In this document: positions 20,246 to 30,686 of the stretch, piece after piece | How the letters are laid out: each line of letters opens with the position of its first letter | How positions within the stretch are numbered: position 1 is the first letter of the stretch | NCBI GenBank assembly: GCA_963847575.1 | Contig: CAWKAL010000110.1 | Span: 121 to 64,120 of the forward strand | From: an uncultured Gammaproteobacteria bacterium | GTDB lineage: Bacteria > Pseudomonadota > Gammaproteobacteria > SZUA-229 | Length of the DNA: 64,000 nt | Reading direction: 5' to 3' | Notes under the pieces: generated by a model | The model's input: the letters and a program-made list of their open reading frames with translations, nothing else | What the model was told of the DNA's origin: nothing | The model's database searches: none | Program-made: the position numbers and the translations under genes

Positions 20246-20319
20246 GTGGGCAATGTCTGTTCGATATTTATTATTATAGCTCAGGCACGTTCGAACATTT
20301 TGCGTATCCGCCTGAGGAT

Positions 20320-21180
20320 GTGTTACATGATATATTCATTTGCAGTGAAAGCAAAGGCCGGTTGTATACAATTATGTCACCTGACCAGTTTATCTCGACT
20401 GTTACCGGCTGGCCTGGCCGCCAGCTCATCCAGCGATTTCTATATGTTGTTGATCTGACTAGCTTTGGCATGCTGGCCGTACGCGACTGGACGCTTAAAG
20501 CACGCCTCTTCGATTCGCGCAGTTACAGCACCATTGTTTCACAAATTATTTTTACCGGCGTCGACGCCCTGCCCACGATCACTTTCCTCGGCCTGCTCAC
20601 CGGGTTTCTGTTTACTTTTCGACTGATCGGAATTCTCGACTCGGTTGGTGGCGCGAGTGACCTGGTCGATATTCTATCTGCCGTCATCGGTCTCGAAATC
20701 GGCCCTCTGCTGGCCGCTTTTATTCTCATCAGTCGCACCGGCTCAGCCATTGTGGTCGATATCGGCAATATGAAACTGCACGGCGAAATCGAAGGCCTGG
20801 AAAACCTCGGTATAAACATCAATGATTACCTGGTCGCCCCGCGACTGATTGGCGCTGCCATCTCGCAACTCGCGATCACAGTGTATTTCACCTTCATCAC
20901 CCTGGTGTTTGGCATAATTCTCAGCGGGGTGTTCCTGTCTTCAGCGCATTTTGAGTTCCTGACCACGCTGGAGAGCGCATTTGATTTTCAAATCGTCGGC
21001 GCTTTCGTCGTCAAAAACCTGCTGTTCGGCTATATCATTGCCACCACGGCGTGTTATCACGGCCTGTCGGTACACAGTTCGGCGACCGAAGTGCCGCAGC
21101 AAACCCAGCGTGCCATCGTAAATTCACTGGTCATCATTTTTATCGTCGATGGCCTGATGGGCATTGCCCTGCTGACCTGA
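20320..21180 (+). CDS. MlaE/YrbE-family ABC transporter permease
   Basis: Polytopic membrane protein with MlaE-like core motifs (..EIGPLLAAFILISRTGSAIVVDIGNMKL..EIEGLE..G). The real start is possibly MSPDQF at about 20374. Confidence 0.8.
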   Translation: MLHDIFICSESKGRLYTIMSPDQFISTVTGWPGRQLIQRFLYVVDLTSFGMLAVRDWTLKARLFDSRSYSTIVSQIIFTGVDALPTITFLGLLTGFLFTFRLIGILDSVGGASDLVDILSAVIGLEIGPLLAAFILISRTGSAIVVDIGNMKLHGEIEGLENLGININDYLVAPRLIGAAISQLAITVYFTFITLVFGIILSGVFLSSAHFEFLTTLESAFDFQIVGAFVVKNLLFGYIIATTACYHGLSVHSSATEVPQQTQRAIVNSLVIIFIVDGLMGIALLT

Positions 21181-21181
21181 C

Positions 21182-21925
21182 ATGGAAACCGCACTCGACA
21201 TACAGCACTGCATTTCGCAGATACCCCGCGCTGACTACAGCGGCAGCCCGATTTCATTCAGTATCGGTCGCGGTGAAATCGTCAGCATCATCGGCCCGGA
21301 CTATAACGGCAAGTCTGAATGGCTGCGAACTTTCGCCGGACTCATCAGGCCGGCCAGTGGCAAAGTGATCAGCGGTGAAATAAGCACTGACTGTGAAAAT
21401 CGTGCACAGTGGGAGCAATTGAGACGCAAGCTGGCTTTTGTCAGCTCGGAAACAGCATTGTTATCCGCATCCAACGGGCTCGCCAACGTCATACTCGCCG
21501 CCAGCTATCACCAGCTCGGCGATAGTGATGACCTGCGCGACCGGGCCACCGAGCTGATGACCCAGTTGCATGTGCAATTTCAGGCTGACGCCCTGCCGGC
21601 ATTCATGCGTCGTGATCAACGTTACCGGCTGGCGCTAGCGCGTGCACTGATGCTGGAACCCGAAGTTCTAATGCTGGATAATCCATTCGCACACACCGAT
21701 GCCGCCGGCACAGGCAAACTCAAACAGTTTTTGCTCAAGCGCGTCGACGAACATGCGACTGCGCTGGTCATCATGTCGCATGACCTTGAATTCAGCCTCA
21801 AATATGCGCAACAGATTTTATTTGTTACGCGTGAACAGGTATATTGTTTCAAGGGCGCCAGTGAATTTCTCGGCAGCCAGGTTGAAAGCATTCGCCAGTA
21901 CATCGAAAAACCGGGGCTGCATTAA
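21182..21925 (+). CDS. MlaF-like ABC ATPase with degenerate catalytic motifs
   Basis: Walker A GPDYNGKS and H-loop MSHD are present. The Q-loop Gln is absent (AFVSSETALL), the LSGGQ signature is replaced by FMRRDQ, and Walker B reads VLMLDN (Asn in place of the catalytic Glu). Confidence 0.8.
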   Translation: METALDIQHCISQIPRADYSGSPISFSIGRGEIVSIIGPDYNGKSEWLRTFAGLIRPASGKVISGEISTDCENRAQWEQLRRKLAFVSSETALLSASNGLANVILAASYHQLGDSDDLRDRATELMTQLHVQFQADALPAFMRRDQRYRLALARALMLEPEVLMLDNPFAHTDAAGTGKLKQFLLKRVDEHATALVIMSHDLEFSLKYAQQILFVTREQVYCFKGASEFLGSQVESIRQYIEKPGLH

Positions 21926-22836
21926 TGGATCGCCGCAATACGCCACGTACACACTATATCCATCGCCTGAGTTACAGCGCCCAGGAACGGATCGTCGGTG
22001 CCTTCCTCTTGCTCGCTATCGGTATCCTGGTCTGGCTGCTGTTCACCGCAGGCTCATCAAAAATTTCCTTTGAAGACTATTTCACTCTCTATGGTGAGCT
22101 CGAAACCAACCAGGCAGTCAATACCAACACTGAAATTATTGTGTCAGGATTAACTGCCGGCAATGTAGAAGACGTCAGTATCAATGAACACAATAAAATC
22201 ATCGTCACGCTACGCATGCTTGAACGTTATCACTCGCTGATTCGCACTGACACTGTCGCACATATCGAAGCACTCAATTTTGGCGTTATCAACAAGTCGG
22301 TGATTGAATTTAGCGTAGGCAACCCGGCGCTTCCGCTGCTGGCCGACGGCAGTAAAATTAATATAGCGTCGTCGTTCGATGTTAAACAGCTGATGGCAAA
22401 ACTGGCACCTGCACTCGATAACCTGGTCAGTACCATTGAGCAGGCTAACCAGCTGTTAACGGCGATCGATCCCGCCGTGGTGACAGATTCGATTAATAAT
22501 CTCAATGCTATTTCCAGTGACGTGCGCGCAATTACAGCACAGGTAAAATCCGGCGACGGCATTGCCAACCAGGTGATTTATGATAATGCACTGGCAAATA
22601 ACATGAAGGCCATCGCCAGTAACCTGAATCTCGCCACTTCTCAGTTCGACAGACTACTCAGTGTAATCAACAAGGAACTTGAATCAGTTCCCGGACTAAT
22701 GAAAAAAGTCGAACCGCTAATTAAAGAAGCTGACAAAACCATCAAGGCGACACAGCGTATCTGGCCACTTTCCTCTGCGATCGGTGATGACAATAAAACC
22801 GAACGCCTGACACCGCAGGCACCGGCCAATGATTAG
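21925..22836 (+). CDS. MCE/MlaD-domain protein
   Basis: N-terminal TM helix, then an MCE beta-barrel-like segment (YFTLYGELE..VSGLTAGNVEDVSI..IVTLRM), then a long helical tail. Its start overlaps the ATPase stop. Confidence 0.8.
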   Translation: MDRRNTPRTHYIHRLSYSAQERIVGAFLLLAIGILVWLLFTAGSSKISFEDYFTLYGELETNQAVNTNTEIIVSGLTAGNVEDVSINEHNKIIVTLRMLERYHSLIRTDTVAHIEALNFGVINKSVIEFSVGNPALPLLADGSKINIASSFDVKQLMAKLAPALDNLVSTIEQANQLLTAIDPAVVTDSINNLNAISSDVRAITAQVKSGDGIANQVIYDNALANNMKAIASNLNLATSQFDRLLSVINKELESVPGLMKKVEPLIKEADKTIKATQRIWPLSSAIGDDNKTERLTPQAPAND

Positions 22837-23779
22837 CTGCATAAGCCGCCTGATTTCGTGTGCAATCCTCCTGCTGATAGCAGCCTGCACCAGTCAGCCC
22901 ACGGATAAACCGCCGGAACTGCTCGGCGAAGCCAATAGCCTTATCAGCAATGGCGTCGACCAGTACAACCAGGCAAACTATACAAAGGCCACTGTTCTGT
23001 TCGAGCAGGCAATGTATATCTACCGCAGCATCGACAATCCTGACGGCACTGCATCTGCGTACATCAACCTGGCTAAAACTGCGATAACACAGCATGAATT
23101 GACCCGTGCTACTCACTGGCTGACGCAAACCCGGTCGATTGTTGATGCTGAACAACTGACAGCACTGCAAAATCACATCACCATTATCGGCTCAAGCATT
23201 GCGATAGAACAGCATGATTACCCTGCTGCCAAAAACATGCTTGGCAGCCTGCTGGATGCGTCCAGTAAAAATATTGACCCTGAAACGCGACTCGCCGCCG
23301 TGCAAAACCGCACCCGCATTGCATTTGCAGAAAATGATAACGCGCAGGCATGGACAGAACGTTACGCCAGCCTCGCCAGTGACGACCAGCCACACGCACA
23401 GGCACGCCTCGCCCGCTTCCGCGCTGCGCTGAGCACCGACACTGGCGAGCAGGACACGTATTATCAGCACGCCCTGGACATCAACCGAAAACTGGCCTGG
23501 CGCCCCGGCATAGCCGCCACCCTCAGCGAGTGGGCCGAACAGAACATCAATGTGAACAATTACAGCGGCGCACAAAACAAACTCGAACGCGCTTTACTGA
23601 TCCGCCTCGACCTGCGTGACAATCACAACACCGCACAGGTGCTGAGCATGCTCGAATACACCTACGAACATCGGCAAGAACCCAAAAAGCAACAACGCGC
23701 AGCCTACTGGAAGCAACAGGTCGCGAATGCCGATTTTTATGACTGGGATAACGTAATGAAAGACTTCGAGAGTTTTTAA
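22829..23779 (+). CDS. Lipoprotein with TPR-like helical repeats, last gene of the MCE operon
   Basis: Lipobox LLIAAC. It overlaps the MCE gene by 8 nt. Helical repeats (..YNQANYTKATVLFEQAMYIY..) are present. Confidence 0.6.
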   Translation: MISCISRLISCAILLLIAACTSQPTDKPPELLGEANSLISNGVDQYNQANYTKATVLFEQAMYIYRSIDNPDGTASAYINLAKTAITQHELTRATHWLTQTRSIVDAEQLTALQNHITIIGSSIAIEQHDYPAAKNMLGSLLDASSKNIDPETRLAAVQNRTRIAFAENDNAQAWTERYASLASDDQPHAQARLARFRAALSTDTGEQDTYYQHALDINRKLAWRPGIAATLSEWAEQNINVNNYSGAQNKLERALLIRLDLRDNHNTAQVLSMLEYTYEHRQEPKKQQRAAYWKQQVANADFYDWDNVMKDFESF

Positions 23780-23788
23780 CCCACTAAC

Positions 23789-23932
23789 GGCCGCAGATAT
23801 AAACAAAATAAATTAAAATCTGGCCGCGAAATACGCAAAGAACGCAGAAAGAACGCAAAGCGAATTAATTTCAAATATTGTTTGGCGTACTTTGCGTATT
23901 TCGCGGCAAAATTATTTTCTTGCAATCTGTTT
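23789..23932. repeat. Nested palindromic intergenic element
   Basis: Inner arms are ggccgcgaaatacgcaaagaacgc and gcgtactttgcgtatttcgcggc. Looser outer arms are cagatataaacaaaataa and ttattttcttgcaatctg. The element abuts the cyaY stop codon. Confidence 0.7.
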
Positions 23933-24271
23933 TTATCGACGCTCGTCTGTTGACAAACTAACAACTTCCCCGCCCTGCTCGGTGGCGAGGCGGCTTAGCA
24001 TGGCGTAGAGTTCTTCGTGGTCGGCGTTGTCACAAATCCAGCGCGATGATGCTTCATCGTAGTCAAAGTGAAAACCGCCGGATTTTGCCGCCATCCACAA
24101 CTGCTTGACCGGCGGCTGCTTGCTGAAAATAATCTTGCTGCCGTTTTCGAATTCCAGCGTCAATACGCCACCGCTTTCTTCGTAGTCGATATCGGCGCCG
24201 CTATCGTCGATAGCCGTCTGGATGTTTTCGATAGTTTCATCGGCCAGGTCACGAAATTCTGATTCGTTCAT
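23933..24271 (-). CDS. cyaY: Frataxin homolog CyaY
   Basis: 112 aa. Motifs F..LAD.T...I...ID, GGVLTLEF.NGSKIIFSKQ.P..QLW.A.KSGG.HF. Confidence 0.9.
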   Translation of the reverse strand: MNESEFRDLADETIENIQTAIDDSGADIDYEESGGVLTLEFENGSKIIFSKQPPVKQLWMAAKSGGFHFDYDEASSRWICDNADHEELYAMLSRLATEQGGEVVSLSTDERR

Positions 24272-24335
24272 AATGATATTAAATCGCCACAGAGGGCATA
24301 GAGATCACTGGGGAAAACAAACGCGTAATGATTTG

Positions 24336-24439
24336 TCCGCGAATGAACGCAAATGAACGCGAATAAAACTTTTGTATGCTGTAAAAGCGGACCGCAGGCG
24401 CATCTAATTATCTGCGTTCATTTGCGTTCATTCGCGGCT
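24336..24439. repeat. Palindromic intergenic element (AATGAACGCA word type)
   Basis: The left arm tccgcgaatgaacgcaaatgaacgcgaataaaa faces the right arm ctgcgttcatttgcgttcattcgcggct, a near-perfect reverse complement. Confidence 0.8.
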
Positions 24440-24461
24440 AATATAATTTTAATCTTTTAAT

Positions 24462-25881
24462 TTATTTCGTATCAGCTGCGTTGACCTGGCCCGGGTTGGC
24501 TTTGCCTTTCGACGCTTTTAGCACCTGGCCGACGAAGAAGCCCATCAGCTTGTCTTTGCCGCCCTTGAGTTCGGCAAACTGTTCCGGGTTGTTGGCGATG
24601 ACTTCATCCACCATGGCTTCGATGGCGCCGCTGTCGGTGATCTGTTTCAGGCCGCGGCTTTCGATGACGGCATCTGCGCTGCCTTCACCGTTCCACATGG
24701 CGTCGAATACTTCTTTGGCGATCTTGCCGGATATCGTGTTGTCCTTGATGCGCGTGAGCAAACCGGCGAAGGCTTCAGCATCGACTTTCGACTGGCTGAT
24801 GCCGAGTTCTTCCTTGTTCAGGCGCGCGGACATTTCACCACTGATCCAGTTGGCGGACAGTTTTGCATCGGCGGATTTTTCGGCCACGGTTTCAAAGTAA
24901 TCCGCCAGTTCGCGTGATGCTGTTAGTACCGCCGCATCATAGGCTGACAGGCCGAACGCATCTATGTAACGCTGTTTTTTCTGTTCCGGCAGTTCCGGCA
25001 GCTCGGCGCGCACTGTTCGAGATAGTCTTCGGTCACTACCACCGGCAGCAAATCCGGGTCCGGGAAATAGCGATAATCGTTGGCCTCTTCCTTGCTGCGC
25101 ATGGAACGGGTTTCATCACGATCAGAATCGTACAGCCGGGTTTCCTGCACTATGCTGCCACCGTCTTCGATGAGGTCGATCTGGCGTTCGATTTCGTGGT
25201 TGATTGCACGTTCGACAAAACGGAACGAGTTGATGTTTTTGATTTCCGCGCGGGTACCGAACTCTTCCTGGCCCACCGGCCGCACTGAGACATTGGCATC
25301 ACAACGGAACGAACCTTCCTGCATGTTGCCATCACAGATATCGAGGTAGGTCACCAGCGCGTGCATTTTTTTCATGTAGGCCACGGCTTCTGCGGCTGAA
25401 CGCATGTCGGGCTCGGACACCACTTCGAGCAACGGCGTGCCGGCGCGATTCAGGTCGATCCCGGTCATGCCGGCATAATCTTCGTGCAGCGATTTACCGG
25501 CATCTTCTTCGAGATGCGCGCGGGTCACGCCAATGCGCTTGGTGTCGCCATTTTCGAGTTCGATATCGATATGCCCCATGCCCACGATCGGCAGTTCAAC
25601 TGGCTGATCTGGTAACCCTTGGGCAAATCCGGATAAAAATAATTCTTGCGCGCGAACACCGAGCGCGGCGCAACTTTCGCGTCAATCGCCAGACCGAACT
25701 TGACCGCCATGCGCACCGCTTCCTTGTTTAACACCGGCAACACACCCGGCAGCGCGATATCGACCGCGCAGGCCTGGGTATTGGGCTCGGCACCATAGGC
25801 GGTACTCGCCGCCGAAAATATTTTCGACTTCGTCGCCAGCTGCACGTGTATTTCAAGACCGATAACTGCTTCGTAATTCAT
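24462..25881 (-). pseudogene. gatB: Asp/Glu-tRNA amidotransferase subunit B, frame broken twice (near 25013 and 25596)
   Basis: Three overlapping ORFs (25525..25881, 24962..25585, 24462..25013) are colinear with a complete GatB. Adding one G at each junction (TTGAACTG to TTGGAACTG; CAGTGCGC to CAGGTGCGC) restores ..[15 protein letters not shown].. and ..[14 protein letters not shown].. Confidence 0.9.
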
Positions 25882-25913
25882 GTTAAAAATTAGTCATAAG
25901 GAAAAAACTGTAT

Positions 25914-26044
25914 ATCCACAGATGAACGCGGATAAACACAGATAATTATTGTTCAAACACTCCGGATCACAATTCACTATTCACTATTCACTATTCACTA
26001 TTACACTATTCTACATTATTCACTTATTCATTATTCATTATTCA
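25914..26044. repeat. Half palindromic element plus a TTCACTA/TTCATTA heptamer array between gatB and gatA
   Basis: atccacagatgaacgcggataaacacagataa is followed by 4 perfect TTCACTA copies (25973-26000) and degenerate TTCATTA copies that run into the gatA stop codon (26042-26044). Confidence 0.8.
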
Positions 26045-27505
26045 TTCGAATCCCTTCGGGATTCGCGTATGCCAGTCAGTTTCCTGCTGATATTGATGCG
26101 CAACGTTCAGCAGGCGGCTTTCTTCAAAGTAATTTCCGATCAATTGCAGGCCTACCGGCATGCCATTGGCAAACCCGGCCGGGATCGACATGCCGGGCAG
26201 GCCGGCGAGGTTGACTGCAATGGTGTAGATGTCAGACAGATACATCGATATCGGGTCATCGGCTTTTTCACCGATTTTGAATGCCGTGCCCGGGGCGGTC
26301 GGCCCCATGATGACATCGACTTTTTCGAATGCCTTTTTAAAATCGTCACTGATGAGGTGGCGCAACTGCTGTGCTTTGAGGTAATACGCATCGTAATAAC
26401 CGGCAGACAGGGCATAGGTACCGACCATGATGCGGCGCTTCACTTCAGCACCAAAACCTTCGCCGCGCGAACGTTCGTATAAATCTGTCAGGTCTTTCGG
26501 ATCTTCACAGCGATAACCGTAACGTACACCATCAAACCGTGACAGGTTGGCGGAGCATTCCGCCGGCGCGACCACGTAATACACCGGTACTGAAAGCTCG
26601 CTGTTGGGCAGTTCGATTTCAATCAGCTCGGCGCCCATGGATTTGTAGTGTTGCAGTGCCTGCTGAATGACGCTTTCTACAGCTGCGTCCATGCCGTGTG
26701 CAAAATATTCTTTCGGCAGACCGATGCGCAGCCCGCGCAGCGGCAGGTTGAGCGCATTGGTGTAATCTTCCGTTTCGCGCTCCAGGCTGGTGGAATCCTT
26801 TTCATCAAACCCGGTCATGCTGTTTAACATCAATGCGCAATCTTCCGCGCTTTGCGCCATCGGCCCGCCCTGGTCGAGGCTGGAGGCAAACGCAATCATG
26901 CCGTAACGCGACACTGTGCCATACGTCGGTTTCAGCCCGGTAATGCCGCACAGCGCAGCTGGCTGGCGAATCGAGCCGCCGGTATCCGTGCCAGTCGCAG
27001 CGGGTGCCAGCCGTGCTGCCACGCTCGCAGCCGAACCGCCGGAGGATCCACCGGGGACACATTCAAGGTCCCATGGATTTTTGACTGCACCGTAGTAACT
27101 GGTTTCATTGGATGAACCCATGGCAAATTCATCCATGTTGGTTTTACCCAGCATGACGACGCCGGCGCGTTTAAATTTTGCCACCACGGTCGCATCGTAA
27201 GGTGAAATAAAATTGTCCAGCATTCTCGAGCCGCAACTGGTGCGCACGCCTTCGGTGCAAAAAATATCTTTATGCGCCAGCGGAATTCCACAGAGCGCAT
27301 CGGCATTGCCGGTTTTCAATGTTGCATCAGCCGACAGTGCAGCCTGCATCGCCAGTTCTTCAGTCAGGGTGACAAAGCTGTTGAGCTGCGCATCGTGCTG
27401 TTTAATACGCGCCAGGAAATGTTCTGTCAGCTGCTGGCTGCTGACGTCGCCGGACTGCAGCAGGGCTGACAGCTCGCTCAGTGACTGGGTGTGATACTCA
27501 CTCAT
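26042..27505 (-). CDS. gatA: Glutamyl-tRNA(Gln) amidotransferase subunit A
   Basis: 487 aa. Amidase signature GGSSGGSAA, full-length GatA. Confidence 0.96.
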   Translation of the reverse strand: MSEYHTQSLSELSALLQSGDVSSQQLTEHFLARIKQHDAQLNSFVTLTEELAMQAALSADATLKTGNADALCGIPLAHKDIFCTEGVRTSCGSRMLDNFISPYDATVVAKFKRAGVVMLGKTNMDEFAMGSSNETSYYGAVKNPWDLECVPGGSSGGSAASVAARLAPAATGTDTGGSIRQPAALCGITGLKPTYGTVSRYGMIAFASSLDQGGPMAQSAEDCALMLNSMTGFDEKDSTSLERETEDYTNALNLPLRGLRIGLPKEYFAHGMDAAVESVIQQALQHYKSMGAELIEIELPNSELSVPVYYVVAPAECSANLSRFDGVRYGYRCEDPKDLTDLYERSRGEGFGAEVKRRIMVGTYALSAGYYDAYYLKAQQLRHLISDDFKKAFEKVDVIMGPTAPGTAFKIGEKADDPISMYLSDIYTIAVNLAGLPGMSIPAGFANGMPVGLQLIGNYFEESRLLNVAHQYQQETDWHTRIPKGFE

Positions 27506-27556
27506 TAGTATGCTTTGGTTTAGGCTAATCGGTATAACAAATACAGGTTACAGGAC

Positions 27557-27844
27557 TTACTCGATGACCCGGGGCACCAGGTAGAGCCCGTTTTCGGTAC
27601 TCGGTGCGATGCGTTGAAAAACCTCGCGCTGGTTGGTTTCACGCACCTCGTCTTCACGCAGGCGCTGCACCGCATCGAGCGGATGCGACATCGGCACTAC
27701 CTTGCTGGTGTCGACAGCATTCATCTGCTCGAACATGTGCAGAATATTGCCCAGGTTGGTAACATAGCCCGGCACATCCGACTCATCTATTTTGAGGCGT
27801 GCGAGATGGGCAATTTTTTTGACTTGCTCGGCGTCGAGTGACAT
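27557..27844 (-). CDS. gatC: Asp/Glu-tRNA amidotransferase subunit C
   Basis: 95 aa from MSLDAEQVKKIAHLARL, with GGAG 5 nt upstream. The ORF-track start at 27880 is probably too long. Confidence 0.9.
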   Translation of the reverse strand: MSLDAEQVKKIAHLARLKIDESDVPGYVTNLGNILHMFEQMNAVDTSKVVPMSHPLDAVQRLREDEVRETNQREVFQRIAPSTENGLYLVPRVIE

Positions 27845-28099
27845 GGAAACTCCGCATTGCGCGTTATGGACGTTCTTCAAGAAGGCGGCAAGTTAGCATA
27901 CTCTGCGCTTTGTCTCCATACACCAGACTTTATAGATGGAACCCCAGGCCCTTATTAAGGTCTGTTAGTGCGCACTACCGGCGCCGATTCCACTTGCCCG
28001 CAGAGGGTGCGATTGTTACAGTACGCGCACATTTTTCGGCAAATATGACTTTATTTTGTCAGTTTGACCTATATTCTCTAGCTATAATTAAAACTATAA

Positions 28100-29173
<1,074 letters not shown>

Positions 29174-29257
29174 GGCCATTGCAGGGCAGATCAGCGTGTC
29201 CTGTCCTGTGCACACAGCACAACTGACTGAATCCAACAACTCGAAGCTGTTGTTCTG

Positions 29258-30211
29258 ATGCAAACACTTTTTCTCCAGGGGCCACCGGTTTTTTTCAGAA
29301 CACTGGTTCTGATCGTGGCGTCTATCGTGCTGATGACGGCCGACCACCGCTGGCACCAGCTGGAAATTGTGCGCAATGCCCTGTCACACCTGCTCTACCC
29401 CCTGCAGTACACCATCGACCTGCCGATCCGGCTGTATTACTGGGGCGACGAAACCCTTAGCGAGCACCAGACCCTGCTCGATGAAAACCGCAAGTTAAAA
29501 GATCTCCACCTGCAAAGCCGTGTGCAATTGCAGAAACTTGATATCCTCGAAAAAGAAAACGCCCGCCTGCGCGAACTGCTCAGCGCCACGCCCAAGATCA
29601 GTGAGCGTGTACTGGTGGCTGAAATCATGAGCGTCGATGTCGATCCCTATCGCCAGTTATTAATCCTCAACAAGAGCAGTCGCGACGACGTGTATGACGG
29701 CCAGCCGGTAATCGATGCACAGGGTGTTATGGGCCAGATTGTGCACGTCAGTGCCAGCAGTTCCACCATGATGCTGATCACCGACGCCAGCCACGCACTG
29801 CCGGTACAGATTGACCGCACCGGTTTGCGTGCAGTGGCATTCGGCACCGGCAAAATTGATTATCTCGACCTGCGGCATATTCCACACAATGCCGATGTGC
29901 GCGAAGGTGACCTGCTGATTACCTCCGGGCTCGGCGGTCGCTTTCCGCCCAATTACCCGGTGGCAAAAATCACCCATATTGAACGCCCGATGGGTGAACC
30001 GTTTGTAAACGTGCGCGCCGAACCGCTCGCACTACTCGATCGCAGTCGCGAGGTTCTGCTGGTCTGGCACAACCCGCCGACAGAAACCGCACCGCCGGTG
30101 GATGAACTACCTGTGGTCGAGCCTGCAGCTGACCCGGCCGAAAAGCCTGCCGCAGAGGCCGCCACCCAGGCGGATACACCGCCGGCCACAAATGTGAGCA
30201 GCGATGAATAA
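29258..30211 (+). CDS. mreC: Rod shape-determining protein MreC
   Basis: N-terminal TM helix, coiled coil (LLDENRKLKDLHLQ..), two beta-barrel domains (GVMGQIV.., LLITSGLGGRFP..YPVA), Pro/Ala-rich tail. Confidence 0.9.
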   Translation: MQTLFLQGPPVFFRTLVLIVASIVLMTADHRWHQLEIVRNALSHLLYPLQYTIDLPIRLYYWGDETLSEHQTLLDENRKLKDLHLQSRVQLQKLDILEKENARLRELLSATPKISERVLVAEIMSVDVDPYRQLLILNKSSRDDVYDGQPVIDAQGVMGQIVHVSASSSTMMLITDASHALPVQIDRTGLRAVAFGTGKIDYLDLRHIPHNADVREGDLLITSGLGGRFPPNYPVAKITHIERPMGEPFVNVRAEPLALLDRSREVLLVWHNPPTETAPPVDELPVVEPAADPAEKPAAEAATQADTPPATNVSSDE

Positions 30212-30686
30212 TAACGCGCGCATCAGCACACTCACGATCATCGCCGCATTCATGCTGACGATTATGCCGCTGCCTGAATGGGCACAGGCATTCAGGCCTG
30301 ACTGGGTAACACTGGTATTGATTTACTGGGTGATGGCACTGCCTGCCAGTATTGGCGTCACCATCGCGTGGGGACTTGGACTGATGCTCGATGTCACCCA
30401 CGGCGCCCTGCTCGGCCAGCATGCGCTCGGCCTGGTCATCGCGGTTTATATTGTACATAGCCAGCACCAGCGTCTGCGCGTGGCATCATTACTGCAACAG
30501 GCAATTGTGTTTTTCTTTTTATTATTATTAAAACAGCTGCTGGTGTTGTGGGTGTACGGCATCATGGGACAGGCACCGGACACCGGGCTTTATTTTGCAC
30601 CCAGCCTGGTCGGAGCACTGCTGTGGCCGTGGATTTATATCATCCTGCGCGACCTGAGAAGGCGCTTCGGCTACCGGGCAATGTAA
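30204..30686 (+). CDS. mreD: Rod shape-determining protein MreD
   Basis: 160-aa polytopic membrane protein overlapping the mreC stop. Position and hydrophobicity pattern fit MreD. Confidence 0.85.
   Translation: MNNNARISTLTIIAAFMLTIMPLPEWAQAFRPDWVTLVLIYWVMALPASIGVTIAWGLGLMLDVTHGALLGQHALGLVIAVYIVHSQHQRLRVASLLQQAIVFFFLLLLKQLLVLWVYGIMGQAPDTGLYFAPSLVGALLWPWIYIILRDLRRRFGYRAM

Noticed and set aside
26047-26063. Perfect hairpin gaatccc-ttc-gggattc as a gatA terminator
   Set aside because: It lies inside the last codons of gatA (..RIPKGFE) and has no following U-tract on the coding strand.
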